A stretch of DNA of 64,000 bases from the IMG/VR virus record IMGVR_UViG_3300043470_000815; one strand, 5' to 3'. Numbering within the stretch: position 1 is the stretch's first letter; each line of letters opens with the position of its first letter. The notes below the pieces were generated by a model. That model saw only the letters and a list, made by a program, of their open reading frames with translations, ran no database searches and was not told the DNA's origin. Source of the stretch: a virus. Below are positions 33,003 through 42,488 of this stretch, in pieces. Made by a program: the position numbers and the translations under genes.

Positions 33003-33428
33003 GGTTTTGTATAATTTTCACAATATTCCATTGCGGCTTCTAGTGTTTGAAATCGTAGATCATCCTGCAATGTATTGTATCTAAAATCATTTTCACCTTC
33101 CATCAAAACGTAATATCTACCTTCAACGCCAGCGATTTCAAACTGGATTTTATTTTTTCGGCCATACCAGCGTGGATTAGACCAGCGTTCAGTTTTTTTA
33201 GTAAATTTCATAAATTTTTAATTAGGTACAAGTACATATTTAATAGAATCTTTTTGGAATGACCCACCCTGCCTGTGATGATCGAAAAATCCATTCATCA
33301 CGAATGCAAAATCTTCGCTTAATACACCATCTTTAAATACCAAAACTAATGTTTTACCCATTTCAAGATACATTCCTTTTTTACGGCGTTTCCAAAATAG
33401 ATCAACCGAAATCATTTTATATGTCATA

Positions 33429-34084
33429 TTATTTTATATTTAATTCAATTTCCATTTCTAAAGTGTCTGCATTATACCAACACGACGCAATTAAAATTCC
33501 CGGATTAAAACCACCCGATGTTTCAAAATTCAAAAAAACAGTTCCCCAATATTTATTAGGGTTATGTGCTAGTTGACGAAATCCCACGAAATTAAGTGAT
33601 ACGTTGGATATAAAGTTTCCAAAACACCCAACCTGATCCATAATATCAGAGTGTTGGATGGTTGGTTGACCACTACCATTATAGGTTATTTTTACTTCAA
33701 TATTATTGAATAGTGCGGAAATGGCCTTTTCAAGATCGGTGAAATTTATCATATAATTTATTTTTTAGTAGGTTCGATTTTCCATTGACCATTATTATAC
33801 CAACATGATAAAATTTGCATTCCATTTGATCCACCACCAAACGATTCATAATTCAGATAAACAGTTCCCCAAAAATTATTATTGTCACCTGATGGACGAC
33901 TATAATTGAAAAAATCAATTGACGCGTTGGCAATAACGTTACCAAAACAACCAACCTGATTCATTATATCGGCGTGTTGGATGATTGGACGACCATGTTC
34001 ATTAACGGCGATTTGCACGTCGATATTATTGAATATTTCAGAAATCTCGGTTTGGAGGTCAGTGAAATTAATTTGATTTGTCAT
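33429..34084 (-). repeat. two tandem paralogous CDS (33429-33752, 33758-34084)
   Basis: INFTDL...LFNNI.V.I...G.P.IQH.DIM.QVGCFGN...WGTV.LN.E..GG...CWY in both. Confidence 0.85.
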
Positions 34085-34149
34085 ATATAAAATTTTAAAT
34101 TTTATTTTTGTGTGTTTAAAATTTAAATGATTAGTTATTAATTATACCA

Positions 34150-34200
34150 CAAAGATACACCCACTCAAACAGTTCCACAAGTCCATTAACTAACTGTTAA
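34150..34200 (-). promoter_or_regulatory. early promoter plus dyad
   Basis: TTAAC-N5-GTTAA-N5-TTG-N20-TATCTTTG. Confidence 0.85.
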
Positions 34201-34278
34201 CATATTTATTCAGTACATATCAAAAAACCTGATCGTTGGGTAGGAAATGTAATATTTGGAGGTGGGAATATACTTATA

Positions 34279-34794
34279 ATGTATATGGCACGAATGAGTC
34301 CCGAAACATATCATCCTTTATTATCCTTTAGATTCAAGATTATTTTTTCCGTTTTGGAAGGAATTGAATTTTACGGAAAAGCAATAACACTCCCATCAGC
34401 GGAAAATAACCCAATAACAGTTGAGTATGGAAATACATACGTTAAAGTTAAGGGAAAAACAAGATGGAACGATGTTACAATGACTTGTTATGCGTTTGAA
34501 AAGATAACGCATGATAGGTTATGGCTTTGGTTAAATGACTTACATCAAAAAATAGATGAAGGTAAAGATTATTACGCAGATCAATACAAAAGAGACATTA
34601 TAATCCATTTAATGAATCCAAAAAACGATGAAGTAGTCGGTACATGGAAATTAATTGGTGCATTTATAAATACAATTAATTTTGGTGATTTAGATTTTGC
34701 AACGGAAGAGATTGTTCAACCACAAATAACGATTTCTTATGATTATGCACTGTTTGAACCCAAAAAAACACAACAAACATCAAATTTCGCGTAA
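34279..34794 (+). CDS. tail tube protein (T4 gp19-like)
   Basis: RF...KGK.RW..VTMT.Y...W.....Y..QYKRDI...W.LIGAF...NFGDLD...I..TISYDYA. Confidence 0.85.
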   Translation: MYMARMSPETYHPLLSFRFKIIFSVLEGIEFYGKAITLPSAENNPITVEYGNTYVKVKGKTRWNDVTMTCYAFEKITHDRLWLWLNDLHQKIDEGKDYYADQYKRDIIIHLMNPKNDEVVGTWKLIGAFINTINFGDLDFATEEIVQPQITISYDYALFEPKKTQQTSNFA

Positions 34795-34827
34795 TGTGAA
34801 ATTAGTAAAAATTAAATTAAAAATTAA

Positions 34828-35634
34828 ATGAACGAAACAGTAAAAGTTACAAACAACGAAGAACTTATTAATGTTAACAAAACATCACTATTTCCGACCC
34901 AAATAGTCGATTTACCATCCAAAGGACTGGTGTATGAATTAGATAATCCGCTTTCAAGTGGAACAATCGAAATCAAATACATGACAGCCAAAGAAGAAGA
35001 CATTTTAACCACCGAATCTTATATAAAAAGTGGAATTGTGCTGGATAAATTGCTTCAATCTTTGATTGTTAACCCTGTGGTGGTTAGGGTTTACGACCAA
35101 CTGGTAACGGGTGACAGGAATGCGTTGTTAATTGCCGCAAGAAAGTACGGATATGGTGAAAATTACGATTTTGAAACAACTACACCATCAGGAAACAAGC
35201 AAAAAGTACATGTAAATTTAGATGATTTAGTCGCAAAGGAACTTTTCGATGAAACTATTTTCACTAATCGTAATCGTTTCAGTTTTCAGTTGCCTCGCAG
35301 TAAAAATTACCTAGAATTTAAGATTTTAACCATCGGTGACGACAAACAAATAACGGAACGGTTGAAAAAATACAAAACATCCAATGGTCGCGATTTACAA
35401 TTAACGGAACGTTTGAATAAAATGATAATCAGTGTGGATGGGAACGAAGACCCGATCTATATACGCAATTTTGTCGATCAAATGTTGGCTTTAGACAGTC
35501 GTGCCTTTAGGGAATATGTTGCCAAAATTCAACCCAATGTGAACATGGAAATTGATGTCATTGACGAGGAGACGGGAGACTCCTTTCGTACTGGAGTTAC
35601 CCTCGGATCATCGTTTTTTTGGCCTGAACTTTGA
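34828..35634 (+). CDS. tail assembly chaperone / baseplate hub assembly protein
   Basis: LPSKG..Y...G.IEIKYMTAKEEDIL...GDRNA.LIAAR..GYG..Y...ALDSRAFR; ends SFFWPEL. Confidence 0.75.
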   Translation: MNETVKVTNNEELINVNKTSLFPTQIVDLPSKGLVYELDNPLSSGTIEIKYMTAKEEDILTTESYIKSGIVLDKLLQSLIVNPVVVRVYDQLVTGDRNALLIAARKYGYGENYDFETTTPSGNKQKVHVNLDDLVAKELFDETIFTNRNRFSFQLPRSKNYLEFKILTIGDDKQITERLKKYKTSNGRDLQLTERLNKMIISVDGNEDPIYIRNFVDQMLALDSRAFREYVAKIQPNVNMEIDVIDEETGDSFRTGVTLGSSFFWPEL

Positions 35635-35809
35635 TTATAACCAAAAGGTTTATGAACAAATATTTGATTTGTGTTTTTATGGGCAGGGGGGCTTTCAGTT
35701 CAACGATCTAATGGCAATGCCTGTAACAGTTCGATCATTTTATTACATGAAATTAGGGGCAATATTGGAAGAACGAAACAAGCAAATAGAAGCGGCGAAT
35801 AGTAAATGA
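35552..35809 (+). CDS. probable frameshift extension of the tail assembly chaperone
   Basis: Overlaps the end of the previous gene in the +1 frame across a T7 run at 35614-35620. Confidence 0.55.
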   Translation: MMSLTRRRETPFVLELPSDHRFFGLNFDYNQKVYEQIFDLCFYGQGGFQFNDLMAMPVTVRSFYYMKLGAILEERNKQIEAANSK

Positions 35810-35886
35810 TAAAATTTATCATTTTTTTATGATAGATACATATCAATTAACCTACCTAATTTTAAATTTAAATCATTAAAATAATT

Positions 35887-35924
35887 AAGGGACATTGGCG
35901 TAAAAACCTTTGTCCCTTATTTTT
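35887..35924. terminator. hairpin between convergent operons
   Basis: AAGGGACA...TGTCCCTT followed by a T tract. Confidence 0.65.
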
Positions 35925-36077
35925 TAGTAATTAAAATCCTTTATCAATTCTTATAATATCCACCCAACCAAATTTTTCATAGACTTGATTGATTATGTCT
36001 AAGATACTATTTCCTTTAAAATAAAGATCGACTTCAATGAAGTCTGTATTTTGAATTGTTATTTTATATTGTGTCAT

Positions 36078-36563
36078 TTATTTTTCAATTGTTACAACAT
36101 TATCAACTACGATTATTTTACCAGTATCGTCATTTTCTTCACCTTGAAATTCGACTTCACCCGATAACGTTATACCCCAAGGTTTTAAAAAATTGTCAAT
36201 GATATATGTTAACCATTCATCATAACAATAAAATTTTTCATTACCATCCCATTCGATTCCCATATTATCTTCGGTTGGAATCCATTGACACCATAAGGAT
36301 GGTTGGGTACTTGGGGGGTGGTTATAATTGACAATATCCGATGTTTCAGATTGTCCATAATCTCCGTCATCAAAACAGAAAAATTCACCGTCTAATCCGT
36401 ATTTACCATTCAAACCATGTTGACCATTATATTGGGTCATTAGTATATCAGAATTTCGTTTCATACGACGAGTTCCCGAAAATGTGTGTAGATAAGTACT
36501 TTGTTCATCTGTTAATGGTTTGGACAAATTAAATTGTCCGTCAAATTGTGTTGTGTATCCCAT
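36078..36563 (-). CDS. conserved phage hypothetical protein
   Basis: MGYTT.F.G...WCQW...WDG.EKFY.Y.EWL.YII.NFL..WG..L.GEV..QGE. Confidence 0.65.
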   Translation of the reverse strand: MGYTTQFDGQFNLSKPLTDEQSTYLHTFSGTRRMKRNSDILMTQYNGQHGLNGKYGLDGEFFCFDDGDYGQSETSDIVNYNHPPSTQPSLWCQWIPTEDNMGIEWDGNEKFYCYDEWLTYIIDNFLKPWGITLSGEVEFQGEENDDTGKIIVVDNVVTIEK

Positions 36564-37914
36564 ATTTAAATTTTATATTTTATTTTGTTAAACTTTAATA
36601 ATTTGCGTAACGTTTGGTTTAATAGTTCCACCCCCACCCCAAGCCATCCATTCCCGTTGACCGACCGCCCATTCAATTGCTTTTTGCAATGTACCTTCGA
36701 CAGTACCTAAAAATGGTGCAACATGAGGGCCGTTAAAATCAGGATTAGGGTCTTCGCCATACACATCCCACCTACCAAAATCAGTTAGTTTATGTTTACG
36801 CAATAGTTCTTCACCAGTCCACCGATTCGTGACAAATTTATCAAATCCACTTTGTGCGGTGGGTTGTTTCGATTTAAGAATTTGAATTTCGTTTTCAAGT
36901 TCTTTTATTTTATTGGCAATTAATTCTTTTGTCAAATTGTTAAATTTATTTATTAAGAAAAAGGGATGGATTTTTAGTATGTATCAATAAATCCAAATGA
37001 ATATTATGTTTTATTAAAATATCCAATTGTTCGTCGGTCATTACATCAACTGCTTTTAATAACATTTCTGTTATGTCATTAATATCGTAACAATTAATAT
37101 TATTATAATATTCAACTTCACCGTCGGGTTGGATATAATTGTCAAAATTAAATTCTTCGATACATGGATTGTTAGTATTTAACCATGTAATAAATAAACA
37201 CCGATTATTATTATTTCTAATACCAAGTACAATATTTACATCATTATCAAAATAATGCACATCTAAATAAACTTGTGTTGAGTATATATTATTCATAAAA
37301 TTTTAAATTTCTGTAAGTTCGGAAAAAGGCATATACCATTCCTGACCAGTGTAAAAATTATCGGAGTCTGTTTCATCAATAACTTCCAATTCGCATAAAA
37401 CTTCGATGTCATTAATAATACCATTAAACAATGGTTCTTTAGTGTCGTCGAATAAAAATTCGTTATAAACACCTCCATCATAACAATGGAATATGATTCG
37501 CGGATAACGATCCGATTTAAATGTTTTTTTCATTATTTGATAAATGATGGTGAAAATTTAAAAGACCACTCCCATACATCGTTGAATATATTGGGTGAAT
37601 AATTCCAAAATGGTGGGTTACAAACTGGCATAATTTTACGACCATAAATGTTTGTATATCTTAGTCTGTATTCATTTGCCGAATATTCGGTTGTATCTGT
37701 TCGTGGTTTTGTACGAAACATTAGCGACAATGCTACCCGCACATCGTGTATGGTAGGAACTCCGCACTCGATCATAATTTCTTTGTTTTCACAATAGAAA
37801 GTTGTTTCTTGACCGAGTGTGAAAGTGGATACTTCTTTTTTTCCTAAAATGAAATTCTTATTAATTATTTCTGACATAATTTTAATTGTTTTGAATGATT
37901 AATTATTAATGATA

Positions 37915-37965
37915 CAAAGATACTGGATAGGTTGGGAGTACACAATACCATTAACTAACTGTTAA
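37915..37965 (-). promoter_or_regulatory. early promoter plus dyad
   Basis: TTAAC-N5-GTTAA-N5-TTG-N20-TATCTTTG. Confidence 0.85.
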
Positions 37966-38428
37966 CATTATACCAATCTAAAAACTTATCAATTACATCA
38001 ATTGTTGCTTCCAGTTCGGTTGGATATTGTTCACCGTATATTGTTCCAAATGAATCTTTATATGCTTGGCGAATATGACAATAATACATATTATTAAAAG
38101 TAGTTTCAAATTCGTAAACTATATCCATTTGACAAATTTTATTCTTAACACGCATGAGCCAGTTCCAGTCTGAATCATATCTTAAAGAATATTCATAATC
38201 GTCTAAAACTTTACCATCCACCTTTACAAAATGTAATTCCGATGGGTTGGGATTTTCAATAAAATCTTTTTCCTTATACCAAACACCCCCATCATCAGTT
38301 TCCCAAACGCTATAAAATTCGTCATAATTTTCATAATTTTGACTGAATATAAAGCCTTCAAATTTGGCACATTTTTTATTGAACCCAATGAATTGGGTTT
38401 TGTTAAAATCAATTTTTATCTGTTCCAT
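37955..38428 (-). CDS. hypothetical protein
   Basis: 157 aa; L.Y.SDWNWLM.V..KI motif. Confidence 0.6.
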   Translation of the reverse strand: MEQIKIDFNKTQFIGFNKKCAKFEGFIFSQNYENYDEFYSVWETDDGGVWYKEKDFIENPNPSELHFVKVDGKVLDDYEYSLRYDSDWNWLMRVKNKICQMDIVYEFETTFNNMYYCHIRQAYKDSFGTIYGEQYPTELEATIDVIDKFLDWYNVNS

Positions 38429-38771
38429 TTATTTTTAATTTCTATTAATTCTTGGTAATTTTTATCATTAAGGTATTTAAGTTTCGCTGCTGTTATTTTT
38501 CGATCAATCCCAATACTTTTAAAGTACGCAACTTGGAGGGATGTGATTTCGTTGATTATCCGAATTTTTAATTCTAAATTATCCATTTATTTTAAATTTG
38601 TGTTAATTGCATTATATAAATTTTTTATTTCTTCAATGGTTACAGAATCTATATTTTCACAAAACTTATAGAGTGTAAAATATGCTAATTGCATATCCTT
38701 CCCCAAATCGAAATACCAAAAGCGATAATCAGAATCAGACATATTTTTCATATTTTATTTTAAATTTGATG

Positions 38772-38822
38772 TAAAGATACTGGATAGGTTGGGAGTGTAC
38801 AATATCATTAACTATCCATTAA
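38772..38822 (-). promoter_or_regulatory. early promoter plus dyad
   Basis: TTAAT-N5-GTTAA-N5-TTG-N20-TATCTTTA. Confidence 0.75.
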
Positions 38823-39820
38823 CAATGTTATAATATCTTGTGTTTTATATTGATCCGTAATTATATTTGGTTTGGTTGGAAAGTTTTCAAATCGTATATG
38901 AACTTCCTTTTCAGCAATCAAAATTGGATAACGGTTACTACCTGCAAATTTCACAAAACGACCTTTGATTATTTTTCCAGTTGGATGAATATACAACCCA
39001 CCAAACTTTGAATTTTTAGCAACCAAACAAGTTTTGTCACTGTAAATTACCCGCATATCATCCATCGCACAATTTTTACGAATGTATGGTTTAATGATTA
39101 ATGTAAACGTAAAACCTTTTTGTTCGGCTAGGTTGGTAGTTTCCATTTTAATATTTGATTCCATTTTTATCTAAGATTCGTCTTGCAGCAATCACACTTT
39201 CATTATCAGGATGACCGTTTGCAATTGATATTAATTTTTCTAAACGATTGGGTGGTCTTAATTCACCAGTGTTAACCTTTTCCCAATATTCCTTTCGCAA
39301 TTCTTCACGACGTTCAATTAGATTTCGGTCTTTTTCGGCTTGAGCGTTAACCATTTTAGACCATGTTTTGTCGGAATTGTTGCCTTTGTTTTTATGAAAA
39401 GCAGCATCGCCTATATCCTGACGACATGCACCGTTGATGGAAAGGTATGTTTCTTCCGAAATTACATTATTGTTCATAGATATTAAAATTTGATGATATA
39501 ATTTTTATTCTTCAATTAAGTCTTTTAAATACGTTCCTACTTCCTTTTTACCTTTTTTAATCCCTTTTTCTACTCCTAACTCAAATACTTTATCAGCCAG
39601 TATTCCCATAACATCTTTTAAAGTAGTTTTATCGTTATTACGTATATGAATTGTTTGCCATTGATCTAAGAAATAAAATTCAACTTTTGCTAAAAGACCT
39701 TCTGCTTGGTTAATATTTTTCTTTGGAAACAAAAACCCACATTCTATGAGTTCATCATGTAATTTTTTCGTTATGTTCATATATTGATAGTGATTTAATT
39801 ATTGGTAGAATTATTAATTT

Positions 39821-39949
39821 ACCGTTAGGGATGGATGTATTTACCGTTAGGGAGGGATAATATTATAATATTTATTTAGTTTAATTATTGGTGGGGATAA
39901 TATACAGCCAACCGTTAGGGATAACTTATAATTTTACTTCCGTTAGGGA
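39821..39949. repeat. four direct repeats of CCGTTAGGGA
   Basis: Copies start at 39822, 39844, 39912 and 39940. Confidence 0.85.
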
Positions 39950-40371
39950 GGTCTTTTTTGGGACAAAAAAATGATCCACGAACAATGAAGGGGTATTACG
40001 ACCACCCAACCTCTTCCTTTTTCACCGAAATTAACGCTTAATTCACCCCCCTACCTCCCCAAAATGACCCCTATATTACCCCCCCTATTTTATACTGATT
40101 AGTGAGTTAAAACAAAACATTATTTGGCAAACATTAAACGTTTAATAAATATAATAAATTTTAAATGTTAGGTTGGAAGGTTATTCCAGCACTTGATACA
40201 ACACAATGCCATTATTCAATTGATTTAGTGTTGAATCCTCCCAATCCAGCATAGTACTGAATGGTATTTGCAAGAATGTTTAATGAAACATTAGCGTATG
40301 CAGATAATTCAATTTTGATACATTCGATGAATAAATTTTCCATAATATTGATTGATTTATTAATTACGATA

Positions 40372-40422
40372 CAAAGATACGTCCTACCAACCCAATAAAC
40401 AATACCATTAACTAACTGTTAA
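40372..40422 (-). promoter_or_regulatory. early promoter plus dyad (leftward)
   Basis: TTAAC-N5-GTTAA-N5-TTG-N20-TATCTTTG. Confidence 0.85.
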
Positions 40423-41848
40423 CAAAATTAAAAAAAAACCTTAGTTGACAATCATTACGGTTTCAACGTAAACCATGTCATTTTATATTAAAAAAAATCT
40501 TAATATGACCGGACGACAGGTGGGAGGTAAACCCCTTCCCCCATGAGTAGTTTAATTAACATTAAAAATCACGAAACGTCAATTGTTATCCTGAATATTC
40601 CTGTCAAAATGAATAGTATTGATACGGAATGACCATTATACTGTAAAACAATGAAATACCATCCAACCAAAAAGATAATCGTTTAAATCGGTGAATATAT
40701 ACGTCAATTTCTTTCCCTACCTATCAAGGTTTTTTGATAATTTTTGAACGGCATTGACAGTTGATATGATAGGTTGGTACGGAATAATCAAAGCATGAAT
40801 ATACTGTAAAATAATGAATAGTATTATTAATAATACCATGTATATCAATATTATTAATACTTACCCTTATCTATCAGGTTTTTTGATAATTTTGGGTCAA
40901 AATGAATAAATTTGATAGGGTTGGTAGGTACTAATCGTTACACTCAAACTTTAAAAAACTGTTAAAATAATAAATGAATTATAGTTAAAATTTTAACATT
41001 TAAACAATTTGTTTTATGAAAATTGTGAAGATTAAAGTAATGAAAAACAATGAAAATTGTGAAGTATTTTTATTAATTTCTACCCTACCTATCAGGAAGT
41101 TGATAAATGTCGGTGAATGCTAATGATTATGTAAAACCAACCTGAATCAATATACAACCATTTTTTGAACGATCTATACCTGAACCGTATGAATACACCA
41201 ACCAACCTATGAAAAACGAAAATACATTGATATATGATACCAAATAAACCAATCTAAACAACTATTGTCTGAAACATGAACACATACACGCTAATTGTTA
41301 GTATTTATGAATTAATTAACAATACATGAAAATATTAACAATACATGAAAATTACATAAAAATACTAAAAATTAATTGATAATTGATGTAAAGTATGTAA
41401 ATACAATTAAAAATATATAAAAAGAGGTACTTATAGCAAAAGTCCAAGGTACAATTTTCCCCGTGCCTATTGCGTTCCCTACGGTCAGCACGGCGGAAAA
41501 TCGCGTGTGTGAAAAACGAGGTTTTCCACCCATCGGGCTGGTGAGGGTTTATTTTTTCATAATTTTTGAGGGTATTGGTTTCTTTGTTTTTCTTTTTGCT
41601 TTAGTTTTTCTTTTATTTTAAATTAATAATAATTCCTGCGTGCGTATCGCGACACATGCACTCGCACACATAATGCGAGCAAGCACGTGCGTGTACATAC
41701 GCGAACGCATACACACGTGTGAGATTGTGAAGATTTATTGATTAAAAATTGTGAAGAATTAATGTTCATTTTATGTTAACATAAAAGTTAAGGAATAGTT
41801 AAAATAAACATTTTGTTTTGCCTACCAAACAGTTATAATTTTAAATTT
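40423..41848. other. long non-coding, repeat-rich region between divergent promoters; origin or terminus candidate
   Basis: No ORF of 60 aa or more in the track; repeats at 40716, 40864 and 41083; 19-bp tandem 41315-41352; RY tract 41637-41721. Confidence 0.5.
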
Positions 41849-41899
41849 GTAATGAATTGTTAATGGACTTGTGGGGAAGGATAAATGGACTTATCTTTG
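41849..41899 (+). promoter_or_regulatory. early promoter plus dyad (rightward)
   Basis: GTAAT-N5-GTTAA-N5-TTG-N20-TATCTTTG on the plus strand. Confidence 0.8.
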
Positions 41900-41931
41900 T
41901 ATCATAATTAATAGTTAAACATTTAAATTTT

Positions 41932-42210
41932 ATGCAAACTTTACAATTAAACCCAAAAGACCAAGGCGGTATAATCGACCAAATGTTAAAATTAAAAGCA
42001 TCAGTAAATTATCATAATGCTGAAATTTTACCAAATTATAAAAATATGCAAGTTTGGGAGACAAATGAATACTCCTTAATTAATAACGCAAATTTGGCAG
42101 AACTTGAAAGGTTAGAAAATCATATAATTAAGCATGAGCGGCTTTTTAATTCTATTCTTTGTGAGTACGGCTATACCGTTACTATTTTTCTTATAAAATT
42201 CATTAAATAA
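41932..42210 (+). CDS. hypothetical protein
   Basis: 92-aa ORF with promoter and downstream hairpin at 42216-42236. Confidence 0.7.
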   Translation: MQTLQLNPKDQGGIIDQMLKLKASVNYHNAEILPNYKNMQVWETNEYSLINNANLAELERLENHIIKHERLFNSILCEYGYTVTIFLIKFIK

Positions 42211-42246
42211 AAAAATCCCACCAAGGTTGGTAGGACTTTCATTATT

Positions 42247-42297
42247 TTCCATATTTTGGAAAGTTTCCAATTTTTGGAATAATTCCATATTTTGGAA
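42247..42297. repeat. three tandem dyads TTCCA-N5-TGGAA, 18-bp period
   Basis: Units at 42247-42261, 42265-42279 and 42283-42297. Confidence 0.9.
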
Positions 42298-42488
42298 AAA
42301 GGGTTGGGTTAATATTTCAATTCATACTGGATTGGTGGGAGATGATAATTGTATGTAAATCAATGATATATGTATTTTTTTAAATTAAATTTCAATTTAA
42401 TCTTTTAATCCAAAATTTATAACACGGACTAAATGAGTGCTTTATCTCCCCCCACCCCAGTATAAATTAAAATAAATTAAAAATAATA

